DNA of 64,000 nt from Octopus sinensis (taxonomy: Eukaryota): the NCBI RefSeq assembly GCF_006345805.1, contig NC_043002.1:64294001-64358000 (forward strand), in the 5' to 3' direction. This document shows, piece by piece, positions 37,290 to 52,737 of this stretch (positions are counted from its first letter, which is position 1; the number at the start of each line of letters is the position of its first letter). The notes under the pieces were generated by a model, which was given only the letters and a program-made list of their open reading frames with translations, was not told the DNA's origin and ran no database searches. Both the position numbers and the translations under genes were made by a program.

Positions 37290-38000
37290 ACGGTACTAAA
37301 GAAAGGGAAATACATATTTGCAAAGATACAATTCATCTATTTTACCAGTTCCATAATTTTATGTAACAACATGAAAGACCTTCATGGATGTGGTGTGTTT
37401 TGGCTCTTCTCTGATGAGGAAAACTTTGATCAAGAAAAGTCATTCAGGAGAAATGACAGAATGTTCTATGTACATATGTTTCTGATGTCCACATAATGAT
37501 GCATATTGCGTTTTCAGCAATTGCGATGATTTTAATACTATTGAATAACGGAAGTCATATCATGCCACCACACCTTCCGCATGAATTTAGAGTTCGTAAC
37601 GCAAGATAGATTGAGGTGATGGAGATTGGTGTGAGTAAGATGGATGAAATATGTAGTAGAATTTTATACGTATTTCAACAAAGCATATAGCACGATCTCT
37701 CAAAGTCATTGCAATCTAGGATAATGTTTACGATGACGTTACACCAATATTGAGGAGTTGAACCTTGTTAGATTTCAGTTCTGTAGACTACTACGTTTGG
37801 AGCAATTTTGGGAGGCTAACTGTCATCGCCACATAACCATAACTCCACTCAAGAGTGACTTTATTCAGGTGATGTTCAAAAGAATGAGAATCATTTAGAG
37901 CAGGCATGTGGACGACTTCAGTTCGGTATTAAAGCTCCCATCGAAACTGAAGCTAGATTCAGAGAATAATGCGAAGAGAAAGCTTATAGGAGACGTGCTC
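37290..38000 (+). mobile_element. Decayed Tc1/mariner transposase, maT/DD37D-like motifs
   Basis: FWLFSDEENFDQEKSFRRNDR (first Asp), LDFSSVDYYVWSN (third Asp), ACGRLQFGIKAPIETE C-terminus. Confidence 0.65.
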
Positions 38001-38906
38001 AAAGTTTAATAAAGTTACACTAGGCGTTTGCTATTTAAGGTTTTTGTTAAATTACACGCACATGCATAACACCGTGAATATATATAAGTGTATACATTAC
38101 AAATGGTAATACAAATATCTTTTAGTACTTTTAAATGAAATATCTACGGAATTGCACAATGATATCCATTTCGGTGTTACATAATATAGCACATAGGAAG
38201 GGCCTACATATACAATGTAGCTAGAGTATAACCTCAATAAGGTCGAAACCGTGCATTCTGGATTTCTGGACTTGGAATAATAGACAGTTCTCTCCCGGTT
38301 CCAATATGTACTGAGTGCGAAGTGCACTGAATAACCAGATGGAGAGGGCGTTTTCTTGGGATTAAAATAGCAGTATCATCCATTCTTATAAAACACCCGT
38401 GTTTAAGTGTGACGATAAAAATTACTTCTCAGGATAGACATTATTTTCGTCTCTAACAGAGATTTTCTTATAGAGGAAATATAGATTTCCAACTTGGAAA
38501 ATTTATAATTGACAAGATACCTCAGAAATATATTTTCAGGGAAAATGTTAACAAACACGAAAACATGAAATCTTTTGAATTTAAGGTTATATTTATTCTG
38601 TTAACCTACCCCTCTATTATGTTACATGAGAGATCCTTATTCACTTAGCATACGTTGAACTAAATGATTATATTAATCGCTTTCTCAGTTACGCAAAACG
38701 AATATTTACTGAGTGAATCCGTAGCGACAACACTACAGTAAATGTATAACTTAGATTTTTACAAATTTGAGCGAAACGATCAGAGAAACGAGATTCCATT
38801 GTAAATATCTATACTGTTTACAATCAAATTTTATGTTGCAATCATTTATAATCTACACTCCTTTGAGCGCAATAAAACTGCTGAAAAAAATCAGTACGGA
38901 TATGCA

Positions 38907-39022
<116 letters not shown>

Positions 39023-39959
39023 TGTACGTATGTATATACGGATATATTATTATTATTATCATTATTATTATTATTATTATTATGAATATTATTATTATTA
39101 TTATTATTATTATTGTTATTATTATTATTATTAACATTATCATCATCATCACCATCATCATCATCATTATCATCATCAAATATAAATATATGTAACATGA
39201 GAGAAGGAGAAAATGGAATCTACAAAACTAATAATTCCTACGATCGTTTCGGCCCAAGTTCATCATTATATTTCCGGTGACATGCTAAATAACAGGTTCT
39301 GGTACCTTTTCTAAAGGTACCTAGCTCATAAAACATGTTTTCCTTGACTTACATCATAATGCATTACGTTATTTGCCTCTACCAGTGAAGATCATGGGTT
39401 AGAATGACTTTGAATAAATTACAATTCATTTCGTACAGGATGAACTTCCTTACAATTAATTATAAATGAAGCAGCTACATAGGAATCAAAACTAAATCAT
39501 GTTTTGTCTCATCGTATCAGTTTTTGACTTTATGTCCTGCTTATTTTTATCAACACAATTATACTAATAGAGTAACCAGGTCATTGTATACTTATCAAAT
39601 TTCACATATTCTTTTTTTCTCTGATATGCTATATACTCGACGGGCTTGAAGGAACACATAAAGTGAACTAAGTGACACATACATCCAAATATTTTGATGA
39701 CATCATTTACCCGAAAACAGTGGACGTGCTTTAAACGGCATACTGCCAGGTTATACACAGATTCAAGACTGTTACCAACACACATACACACGCACACACA
39801 TACACACACACAAACGCATGCTTATACACACACAATCGTATATAAATATATATTTATATATATATATAAAGAGAGAGATGGAGGAACGAAATCTACCGAC
39901 TGTGAGAGAGAGAGAGAGACAGACAGAGATAGCATACGTACATACATATAGATGAAATA

Positions 39960-39991
39960 ATAGACAGACAGACAGATAGATAGATAGATAT

Positions 39992-40059
<68 letters not shown>

Positions 40060-40140
40060 TTGGATGCATGGATAGATGGATAGATAGATAGAAAAATAGA
40101 TAGATACATACATACATACGTACATAGATAGGTAGATAGA
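39960..40140. repeat. (GACA)/(GATA)n microsatellite
   Basis: Direct reading. Confidence 0.95.
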
Positions 40141-40550
40141 TAGACTGAGAGTCAACGCATATATGCGCAATATGATGCATTTACATATATGTATTTAAAT
40201 ATAATTAAGCGTGTATGTTTATATATAAATTACACGTTCATACACATGTAGGTTTGCTCGCATATTTCTGTATGCTAGCGAATGAGAACATGTAAATAAT
40301 CGGAAGATGTGATTAAGAATATTATGATTAATACGATTTTGTATTTTGCGTATTCTATAATGTTTCATTAATTTTTTAAAAATATGATCCATAATGATAT
40401 GTTGATTCAATTTATCAAAAGATAGCTCGCTAATATTATTTTTAGAAATGATACTGAGCAAATAGAATGTTTATACTGTATATGAGGAAACAGACGTGAT
40501 AGAGACGCGAATAAGCCGACATTCTTATCTGTACCAAGATGTATGCATAC

Positions 40551-40589
<39 letters not shown>

Positions 40590-40593
<4 letters not shown>

Positions 40594-40746
40594 CGAGAAA
40601 GAAGCAACAGTTGTTGCTTCTTTCTCGCTTATGATCACCCCACATTACTGTTTTGTTAAATCAGTATAGTTTTTTTTGGTGCATCTAAGTTAGGTACCAT
40701 ATTCAAGTAAATTCATTTAAATTAACTTGAATCTTTATTGCTCTTT
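40590..40746 (+). mobile_element. 3' tail of the 60-kb PLE-like family with a 42-bp fold-back at its 5' end, within (TA)n
   Basis: taagcgagaaagaagcaac-agtt-gttgcttctttctcgctta; the remainder is the reverse complement of 59907-60040. Confidence 0.8.
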
Positions 40747-41202
40747 ATATATATATTATATATATATATATATATATATGCAAACATACATAGATATAGA
40801 GAGAGAAATGCATGTATACACAGATACATATACACACATACACACATATATAAAATATGGACGTTATTGAGCGTGTGTGTATAGTTTTATCTTCAACAAC
40901 ATAGCGTAAAATGTATTACTTGTATTTTAATTAAAATTCAACAGCCTTGAAATAAGTTCTCAATGTTTGGTTTAGTTATGTTCATTAAATGAAACCAAAA
41001 TAATTATAGGTCCAATAAGCATGAAATTTATGATACATAGTGGTAAATACCTTGCGTTGTATATGTATATATATATAAATATATATGTATATGTATATAA
41101 ATATACTTGCCATTCTGTAAGAGTTTTCGGTGCATATATGTATTGATATCCCCATATATACAGGTATATATGTGTATATATACATACACACACATATACA
41201 TG

Positions 41203-41265
<63 letters not shown>

Positions 41266-42321
41266 TGCGTATATATACAAATATGTATGTAGGTATATAT
41301 ATATATATGTATATATATATGCATATATATATATATATGTGTGTATATATATGTGATTGTGTGTATGTATGTGTTTATGCGCGTGTATGCAGGTATGAGT
41401 GGGAACTCCAAAAATATAATTAAATGAAAGAAAAATTAAAACTATAATGAATTCTAATAATATAGGATAGTAATTAACAATTATTGATATTCAGCTGGAA
41501 CGAATACACTGTCTGATGGGTATATCTACCGTACGTTAACCTTTACAGATACACATATGCTTAAACATAAATATTCTTGTATACACACCCATAACGCACA
41601 AAATATGCAAACACAAACATGTACACTCATATATAAAAGTATAGTTCCTTGTGTGTGCGTTTGTAGTGTCTTTGGATGTGTATGTGTACAAAAACACATG
41701 TAATCACAAAGCGATAATCACTGTTAGGTGTTTTATACTAATAATGGATTGATTGCAGTGAAATATTCGTGAGTGGGGAACGATATATGAAAGCAAACGT
41801 TAATGTCACGTGTGTCTGCCTACACATATCAAATGGTTATTATCTAAGGTGCATTTGTTTAACCCCGTAAATCTAGCGTAATTTCATTGTGAAAGTCCAC
41901 AAAGAAGCAAAAAAAGAAGAGAAAAAAAAAATTCATTGCAATGAATAGTCATAGAATGCATGCCGTTGGAGGAAATCTTAATATGGATGAACTGTAATGA
42001 TCACAATTTTGTCCGTATAGTTAATGGCTGCACACACATGTAATTATAAGCTTTCTTTCGCTATTTTGTTTAAACACACATGTCCATAAAAGTACAAGTA
42101 TGTGTGTAGGTAAATACATACACACACACGCGCACACACACACACACATGCACACACACATACACACAAACATATATATATATATATATATATTACTTAA
42201 TATAATTTTTCTGAATCTTCAGATTTCTAAATAAGCTAGGCCATTGGTTTTAAATTGATATTAATCAAATTAGTATTCAATCTTTCACCCTTATTATTTA
42301 AATTTATATACATACATATAT

Positions 42322-42366
<45 letters not shown>

Positions 42367-42960
42367 AGATGTCTATATATTTATATATATGTATATCGAT
42401 ATGTATGTATACATGTATCCATCTATCTATCTATCTATCAATCTATCTATCTATCTACTTACCTACCTACCTACCTACCTACCTATATATGTATATATAT
42501 ATATATAGATATATATATATATATATATATAATATATATATATATTCAAGACAACATAAAAATTCATTTAAATGTCCAGATGCTCAACGTCTCTGTCTAA
42601 ATGCATATTGCTATTGAAAGAATATATTTTCACTGCGTTTAAAACCCTAAGGTTGGTATTTAACATGTGCTGACATAGACATGGATCAAACATGAAGTAA
42701 CGTTACGCAGATGTGACAGGTATGACAACTATTTTTCAAGGAAAATTCTCCTAAAACCCAGGCTTTGGAGTTTTATAATATGATATATGGAATACTAGGT
42801 TTTTCGTCCTCTTCCATTGAATAGACGATATGTTAAGTTTTTTTTTCCTCTTCTGTAAAACATTATTATTCCTTTTATTGGTTACTTTGAAAGTTGTCCG
42901 CTTATACATACGCACACAAACTCACACACATGTATATATGTATATATATATATATTATAT

Positions 42961-43056
<96 letters not shown>

Positions 43057-43409
43057 TTTATGTATATATGTACATTAAATGTGTAACACATTTTTGTGTA
43101 ATACATAATTTATGTCACTCTACATCGATTAAGATATACACAGACATGAGGGAAGTAAACAGACACCTTTAACTTTCAAAATATTTTATTTAATATACAA
43201 AGCGAACAATCGAAATGTAATCGATAGGTAGGACTACTTAATTTAGTATTTAGTTGACATTCCCTTTGCAATTTTTAATTCAGTATCTCTTTTTTGCATT
43301 GAACTAATTAGCTTCGTGATTGTGTCTTTTGGAATTTCTGCCCACTTTTCACGCAACAATCGAAATAATTCATCTTAAGATTTAGGTTTCTGTCGAGTTT
43401 TTCGTGTAG

Positions 43410-43760
43410 CTCTATCTAGTATGCTCCAGATATTTTCAATTGGGTTCATGTGCGGAGATGGGCTCGGCCAAGGAAGCTTTTTGATCCCATTTTCAGTCAG
43501 CTAGTGTTGATTCCTTTACAGTATGTCAATTGGAGCCTCATCTTACATGAATAAAAGCTCATTTTCCGTTATGTTATTGTGTGGATACATCGGAAGTAGT
43601 CCCTGCTTAAGTATTTCGATGTACTTTTCAGAGTTTATGGTTCCAACACATTCAATCAGCCCAGAAAAACCATTGCTGGTGACAGCTCCCCTGTGTCCTG
43701 ATAAAGATACCGCCATGTTTCACAATTGGTTAGAGTCGTTTCAAATCAAATTCTTGATTG
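43410..43760 (-). mobile_element. Tc1-type (DD34E) transposase catalytic-domain remnant
   Basis: Manual translation: PIVKHGG / GTINSEKYIEILKQGLLP / F M*DEAP / KKLPWPSPSPHMNPIENIWSIL. Confidence 0.85.
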
Positions 43761-43768
43761 GGAATATA

Positions 43769-43910
43769 GACGCAGGAGTGGTTGTGTGGTTAGAAGCTTC
43801 CTTCCCAACCACATGTTTCCGAGTTCAGTCCCACTGCGCTGCACCTATCGGCTAGTGTCATCTTGATAGTCTGAAAGTGAAGGAAGGCTGTCGTGTATGT
43901 ATATATATAT
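43769..43910 (+). mobile_element. Family 2 SINE head, internally deleted
   Basis: gacgcaggagtggttgtgtggttagaagc...gagttcagtcccactgcg. Confidence 0.75.
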
Positions 43911-44022
43911 ATACATACATGTTTACTTCCCTCATGTTTGTGTATATCTTAATCGATGTAGAGTGACATAAATTATGTATTACACAAAAATGTGTTACAC
44001 ATTTAATGTACATATATACATA

Positions 44023-44143
<121 letters not shown>

Positions 44144-45701
44144 TGTGTGTGAGTTTGTGTGCGTATGTATAAGCGGAAAACTTTCAAAGTAACCAATAAA
44201 AGGAATAATAATGTTTTACAGAAGAGAAAAAAAACTTAACATATCGTCTATTCAATGGAAGAGGACGAAAAACCTAGTATTCCATATATCATATTATAAA
44301 ACTCCAAAGCCTGGGTTTTAGGAGAATTTTTCTTGAAAAATAGTTGTCATACCTGTCACATCTGCGTAACGTTACTTCATGTTTGATCCATGTCTATGTC
44401 AGCACATGTTAAATACCAACCTTAGGGTTTTAAACGCAGAGAAAATAGATTATTTCAATAGCAATATGCATTTAGACAGAGACGTTGAGCATCTGGACAT
44501 TTAAATGAATTTTTATGTTGTCTTGAATCTCTTTTCTTTTGCTTCAGAAGATACTTTCTATTGAATGCTTTTAATGACTTGCATATAACATTGTACTCCA
44601 CTTCTTTGATGACGGAATTCTTATTGAGCAAGAAATAATCCCTTTGAAGTTTATGTATGTTTCTAAGAATTTTCACCCGTCAGTAATCCAACATAATTTG
44701 AAAACCTTATATGATGACTATCAAAATTAGGGAAGCGCTAAATTTTACAGTAAGGTACACAGTCCACGTTTTTAGATGCTACTGGTGTATATACATATAT
44801 ATGCATGAATATATGCATGTATGTATGTGTGTATGCACGGATGATATGTGCATCTGCCTCCACTAACAAAACAATACTATTTCTAAACCTAGCTAAATGT
44901 CAATTCAGCGCTAGTTAGTCGCCAGTTTTCAACTATCTGCGAATATTTTTCTCATTTTGGCGGCACAACACAATATTTCGTGGGTTTTACAATCAGAGAT
45001 AATGACAAAACATTCAACTCTTATGCTTGTGGTGAACTGGATGCAAAAGACAAAAATATTTTTGATACCATCAACATAAATGAATCTTTAAATTAATATC
45101 AACATCAATAAATTATTAGAATGCAGACACCTCGAGACGAGAAAGCCAAGTGCAAAAAGGCTTTCAAACGTTGAAAAGGTATGTTTTAAAAGGGCTGACA
45201 TTTAATATGCTGGGGTGGATATAGAGATCCAATCTTCAATCAATGCCCTGTACTGTATACAATTGTAGATTCCGCTTTAGAAGGCAGCTTTACATACAAA
45301 TCATTTTTTTCTTTTTAATTCTCTTGCAGTCGTTTCATTCAAACGCACACTTTATTGTTGTCCGATGCTTATAAGAGAAATATTTTAATTTCAGATCATT
45401 TCCGTATTTCAAATATACTTCCTTATGCATATTTTTATATATTGTCACTTGGGTATTGTGTATTTTATTTCTAACGATCAACAGAAACTTTGATACGTAT
45501 ATATTTGCATGTGTGTGTGTGTCAACTAAGACTGGTTATTATTAAATTACACCACATTCTCATTTGTCTGCTGTTAAATGTATTCGATGATCGGTATTTT
45601 ACATAAAGCCATTCGTCTTTATGTGCATGCATATGGACATGCCGCACACACAAAGGAATAAATTAATACATATACATATAATGTATATATATATGTGCAT
45701 G

Positions 45702-45753
<52 letters not shown>

Positions 45754-45829
45754 TATATATATATACATATATATACATATTTATGGATATATATATGTAT
45801 ATACATACATATATATATACACACACACC

Positions 45830-45907
<78 letters not shown>

Positions 45908-46430
45908 GATGTTATGCTGAATAAAATATATTTCAATGTCACTGTATCAGGGTATTTCTATATGCATATAGATATGTCTGTGCGTGTGTGTCTCTATCTC
46001 CCCGTGTGTGTGTGCTCTCGCGTGTATGTGTTTGTGTGTGTGTGTGTGTGTGTGCGTGTGTGTGTGTGAAACAGGATATAAAGAATACTTTACGAATGGG
46101 ACGTATCGACCTTTCGATCCGAGAGACAATAAAATTAGAATAATTATATACTATAGCCATTATAATATTTGCCAGGAGCTGCAGACAGTGAAAGTGATAA
46201 AACTAATTGAGTGTTGAATTTAAAGTTTGAAAAATTATACAAACTCACACACAAAAACACACATTAACACACACACACACACACAGACACGCACACATGC
46301 ACACACACCCACATAAATATTACATTATTATGTCTACATGATACATACACATATGCATATCTATATATGTACAAATATACATATATTAGTACTTATAAAA
46401 ATTTCAATTTCATATATGGTCTGTATATAT

Positions 46431-46461
<31 letters not shown>

Positions 46462-46480
46462 CAGAGACACACACGCACAT

Positions 46481-46543
<63 letters not shown>

Positions 46544-48063
46544 CATGCATATATGTACATGTATATATATACATTTATATACACACACGCAAATACAAAT
46601 ATGTACATATATATATATATATATATACATATATAATATATATTTATTTATTTATATATCTCATATGATATAGTAAAATATCGTAAATGACTTGTTTTCG
46701 CCAAAAGCTACGAACATAAAATCTGTAATGCGTTTCTTAACAATTAGAGTTAACAAGAATTTCAATTTAACTAGCAGATCTGATCTTAAAACTATTTAAA
46801 TTATTCGAACCAAACTTTATATAATCATGATATGAATGTTTTATATCGTGTTGTTGGAATCCACACAAGGAAACTTTTGTGCAAATGCTAACATGTGACA
46901 TTTCAGAGTTGACTGTATATATGGAGACTGACATAATTATATCGAAATGTAAGGAAACAAGTATAAGTATTTTTCATTAGTGTTTGGCGAAATGCTCATT
47001 GATTTCGCATCATAAAACTCCACGTTTCTATTGTTCGCCGTCCCACAAAGCTTGTGTAGTATTTGAACCCGGAATATAGAGAAACTAATTTTAAATAAGA
47101 GATTATGACATTATTGTATCTTTGAGACATAGAGAGAGATGTAAAGTTGTCGACGTAAAAGAATCAGTTGCTCTGATATCCTATATATTCATAAAAACCG
47201 AAAAGATCTTTTTCTTAATTTTTCCAAGTATCTGAAAATCTAGGTGTACACTCCACACAAAAAATATAGTAAATAAAAGAATAGACAATGCTTATGACCA
47301 GATTAGTTAAGTGTTTAAGATCAGAGATACAACGGGAGTGTAGCATCAGCAACGACCGCCACAGTATTTTTATCTTTAGAGCAAAGATATTCCTCATGTA
47401 GAACAGGATTTTCCTTTCGAACGCATGAAGACATGTATTGAAATAGTTATATACCCGCATGACATTTAGACTGGCACTGTACCGTCGACGCAAGTCTACC
47501 GCTGAAGAAATACTAAGAATGCCATCAAAATAAGCTGAGGGAACAAAAACAGCACTGGCTAAAAGTGCTGGTAACAAAGTATTGCTGGGAAAAGGAAAGT
47601 CGTAATTCAAAATAACTAAATAGAAGTGAAAGGTTTATTCTTAACACGAATCGTGAAAACATTTTAGTTGTTACACATAATGCCAATTCTAATGGAAAAA
47701 TATTTTTCCTTCCAAACTTTGGAAATATTTACGCATATACATACACACGAGTACAAACACATACATATACTTATATACACACAAGTATACATACCTACAT
47801 ACAAATAAATAATATTAATAAGTGCGTGTTTTAAAATGTGTGTCTATGTTATATTGTTACATATCGTACATGCATACTTGTAAAACAATCTAAGAGATAT
47901 TATTATTGCATGTGTGTGTATGTGTCAGTGTGTTTGTACATACAACATATATACATACATAAAGCCATAGCTAGATAGATAAACAGAGAAACAGAGGAAT
48001 AAAGAACATACTGTATATATGTATATATACATGTCTATATACATACATATATATGTATGTATG

Positions 48064-48108
<45 letters not shown>

Positions 48109-48898
48109 ACAGAGAGAGACAAAGAGAAGGAAAGATACATACATATATACATATGTATATATAGATATATGCATCTATGTGTTTGTGTATACCTGTACAT
48201 CATCATGTGAATAAAAATTCATGTGTGCTTTCCTGCCTTTCAGTGTGTCTGCATCTCTCCAACTGTGTGTGCACGTGTATGTGTGTGTGTGTATTTCTAT
48301 GTGTAAGGTGCACGCCCACATAGATACATACATTCCCGTGTTCCTAAACAGCTGTTTTTGAGAGCTTAAATTTGGGATTCTTCTTTAACACTTTAGGATA
48401 CTCAACAGAATATTAAAATGGAGTCAATGCGCTGTATTCTTTATGAAGTGTTGAATTTCTATTGTTATTATCATTATTATTATTTTTATCGACACTACTA
48501 CTACTGCTATGAAATAATCCAAATAAATTATTGTATTCTTTTTATAGTTTCATAATGCAATGATTTATATAAAATTACACATAATGTTGAATTTTAGAAA
48601 CCCTGGCATTCTTTAAAAGATGCAAGTGTATAGACCAAAAATTTAATATAAGTAGAAGCTTGTATTTATATTAGCTGACGTAGTCTCTCAATTGCCGGCT
48701 TGTACTTTACAATATGCGCACATAAGTTTGTGGTTCTATGGACATATATATGTAATCATGTGTAAGAGTACATTGTGTGTGTATGCTTGATGTGATTAAG
48801 TGAAATTTTGTATGCACAAAAGCACACACACACGCACGCGTGCATATATGTAAATATTTACAAAGCGAAAGAGAGAGAGAGAGAGAAGAAAAAGAGTC

Positions 48899-48955
<57 letters not shown>

Positions 48956-49354
48956 ATATATTGCGAAGGTTAAATAAAGTAAATTTGCTTATGCAGAGAC
49001 ATCGCTTGAATGAAAACCGTGATATTCGTAAAGTACATTAGTATTTATGCACAACCGTCATAGATGTTAAACAGACTGTTTTTTAGATCCAAAGCATCAA
49101 TTCTCGTTTGTATGCTGATTAGCATCTTTTCTCTTTTGTATGCTGATTATGTCCCAAATACCATTTGAGCATTAACCATAGAGTGATCGCTGAATCACAG
49201 GTTAATCACATTTACCGATAAAATAAATCACATTCACTTGTAAAAAGAAACAAATGTGTACTTTCTCCTCCATATATGTATTGTGATATGTAACTAAAAC
49301 GACACATATACATAACTTTCTCTAAAAGCATAACCATTGTGTTATAATTATATC

Positions 49355-49968
49355 TACTCTAGGGCACAAGGCCTTGACAATTTTGTGGGGAAGGAGGCTA
49401 GTCGATTACACCGGCCCCAAAGCGTAACTGGTACCTATTTCATCCACTCCGACAGAACGAGAGGCAGAGTCAACTTCGGCGGAATTTGAACTCAGAACGC
49501 TGCGACAGACGAAACACCGCTAAGCATTTCACCCGGCGTGCTAAGGATTTTTATTTCTTTATTGCCCACAAGGGGCTAAACATAAAGGGGTACAAACAAT
49601 GGCAGACAAGGGGATTAAGTCGATTACATCGACCCCAGTGGTTAACTGGTACTTATTTAATCAACCCCAAAAGGATGAAAGGCAAAGTCGACCTCGGCGG
49701 AATTTGAACTCTGAACGTAACGGCAGAAGAAATACCTATTTCTTTACTACCCACAATGGGCTAAACACAGAGGGGAAAAACAAGGACAGACAAACGGATT
49801 AAATCGATTATATCGACCCCAGTGCGTAACTGGTATTTAATTTATCGACCCCGAAAGGATGAATGGCAAAGTCGTCCTCGGCGGAATTTGAACTCAGAAC
49901 GTACTGGCAGACGAAATACGGCTACGCATTTCGCCCGGCGTGCTAACGATTCTACCCGCTCGCCGCCT
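49355..49968 (-). mobile_element. Head-to-tail array of three family 1 SINE copies
   Basis: ctcggcggaatttgaactc(a/t)gaacg (first copy cttcggcgg) recurs at about 49475, 49695 and 49880. Confidence 0.88.
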
Positions 49969-52737
49969 TAACCATTGTGGTAAAATGCTTACTGTTCTCT
50001 CTTTGCATATATATTTTAAACATACGTACGAGTAAGATCATGATATTATACATGATTTTCTGTATTTATTACGTTATTTACTGTCCTTCGATCATGTATT
50101 ATCGAAAGTGAGAACAATATTCATCAATTAAATAATGTGCTACTATAATATTGGTAACAATGTAATGTGCTGTATCTCTCCTTTAAAGTCCTCGCTTCCA
50201 CCATCAGAAAATATAATTTGATAGTATTGTTTTATATAGTATGTAATACAGTGAATTGCTTGAACGTCATCTTGAACGACCTGCTGCATTTTCCCGGCTC
50301 TCTGACAGCTGAATTCGTATCACACCTTGGTTATATAAGTTACATCCTTCTGGGAATTGATAACTAAAATACGTCATTCTGGGGAAAATGTCATGAGGGA
50401 CTAGTCACAAAGCATTCTTTTCTAAGGAAATAGACATATTTACGGAAGGAGTTATCGGATTTTTGTCATGTACACAAAAAAAAAAAAATCCATAGGAAAC
50501 GGAAACGACCCAAAGACCTCCCGAGTAGTGATACAAAATAGAAGATGAAGGTAGATATTTCGTTGTTATGTTAACTTTCTTGATGGAAAATTAAATCGAA
50601 TCTGCCCATTTTGCATTTCGTAATACGTTCTGCAGTTATTTGTCTATTTATTATAACGGTTAAGGTAATCTCTCCAAACATTCTCATTTCAGGCGTCATA
50701 AAGGAATTTTGCTTCCAATACATAAAGCGACATCTGATTTTCTTTACAGTGCTTATTTTCTACTTTTTAATATATTTATCTGAACTAATTTTTCAGAATA
50801 ATTACCGTTTGTTTCCAATTTTATTGTTGCCATAAAATATAGATTAAAATCCTTTTTTTGTGTGTGAGTGTGTATGTTCCTTCTATGGTCAAGTAACACG
50901 CACATTGTTCGCGTGCTTACTGTAGATATATGTCGCTTTGGAATGATCGATTTATTATTCGACGACACCTTGCCTCTGTTTCCTATGCAGTGGACTTCAT
51001 TTCATATCAACTTTATTCATTTGAAATTAGTTTATAACAGGTATGTTTAGTTGGTCTTAATATTTCTGCCATTGGTTTCAAATATTAACGAAGCTGTCAT
51101 CTTTTATGTTCTCTTTTCAATATGGCATAGTATATGTATGTGCTCTACGTGTTTCTAAAGAACGAATATGGAATTATTCGAAGAATAAATGAGAAATTTG
51201 GTCATTATAAAGTGTGAAGAAAGGAATGAAATAAATAATAATAGATTTAAGTAAAATATATTTCAAAAATATCTATACGGATAAAGATCGAATATAGAGA
51301 CAGTGACCTTGAGCCAATCACGATTAATGATTACAAAGATTAACGCCGAATATGTCGCGTCCTATTAGAAGTATTTTCGTCAAAGGGAATTCTCCAAAGA
51401 ATGTGTTTGTTCCTTCACTTACGCTTCTGAATATTAAAGAGACTGCTACCTCTACATGTACACTCTCACAAATATCCTCTTGAACTTCTTCATATATATT
51501 GAGGTGGACATAGTTTAGAAGAAAAATCTCTATTCTCTGGACTTTTCATATTGTGTATGGCACTACTTATTTATTGATTCACACCACACTAAGAAAAACT
51601 AACTGACATAATATGAAAGTCACCAATAATTTGACGTGTTTTGTAAATTGTGTCAATACATGCGGTTCACTCCGCCCCTACCAGTTCAAGATAAAAGCAC
51701 CTAAAAAAACCTTGCTTTTGAATATGCTGCTCCGGAGTCAAAGTGTAAAATGGCTCGTTGTTACATGAGGGCTGGTATCCCAGGAAGCCCGAGAGATGGA
51801 AATTTATTCTGAAAACAGAATGGAAATTTGTTGTATTTAAGGTAGCAACCATGTAACGATGGTAGTAAATCTCATAAAAATTTATATCGATATAAAAAGA
51901 TTATTATTGAGATTGCTGCTGTTCACATTAAAACAAACTTTTGTAAAATATTTTTCAATGGAGGTAAATATTGTGGAATTCTTAAAATTCTCCTTTTACA
52001 CACAAAGCATGGCTGTTGACATTGATTACTGACAAAAAGTTTGTTTGCTTATTTTCATAACGACAACAATAATCCTAACGAAAGCCGTCGATAGTTTCGC
52101 ATATTAGAGCGGTTAAAGATAAATCCTCTTTTGAAAAAAAATACGTAATTCACTAATAGGGCGCGCTTCTTTAAGCTCGACATCACTAACGACATGTGAT
52201 TTCAATCTCTTATGAGATACATGATATCACCTAACATTATATTCATTTTCATATCTTCTTGATGTGGCTGACGGGAATTTTGAAACAGTTATGCTTACTT
52301 GGCTACTAATCCTGTAGTATAATTCTCAGACTCGAAATATCTTCGTGTTCTTCAACATGAACACTTATTTTCACAGGTCTATGGCTTCAACCGATATAAA
52401 GATCCCTGTCTAAAATCAAACGTGATCATGGTTAATATGTAGTTTGGTCTTTCTTTCAAGTGAGGCAGCGTTTTTCCTTACTGAAATTACTGATAATATA
52501 GTTGAAGATATTACTCTCACTCAATATACCATTTGTATCCTCCGTATTACTTTTAATACCGAAACTGCATTGCATGTGAGGCACGCAGGAGCACAACGCA
52601 ACTGCTGTAGTTTCTCTACACGCATTGCTGATACTGTAATCACGCAAAATATTTGGGATTGTGAGGCACGTGCAGCTGTAGTTACATCTATGGAACTTTA
52701 TTAAAAGCATTATGGTGCATTTTATATGAGCTTAGTA

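Noticed and set aside
39233-39270. Hammerhead half GAAAC-gauc-GUA with upstream AUGAUGA on the minus strand
   Set aside because: No stem I or II pairing and C3 lost; kept only as a stem III example, not called as a ribozyme.
45127-45184. Possible 52-nt exon ending AAG|GTATGT
   Set aside because: Acceptor lacks a pyrimidine tract; peptide uninformative.
47215-47610. 131-aa minus-strand ORF
   Set aside because: Non-ATG start and no recognisable motif in either orientation.
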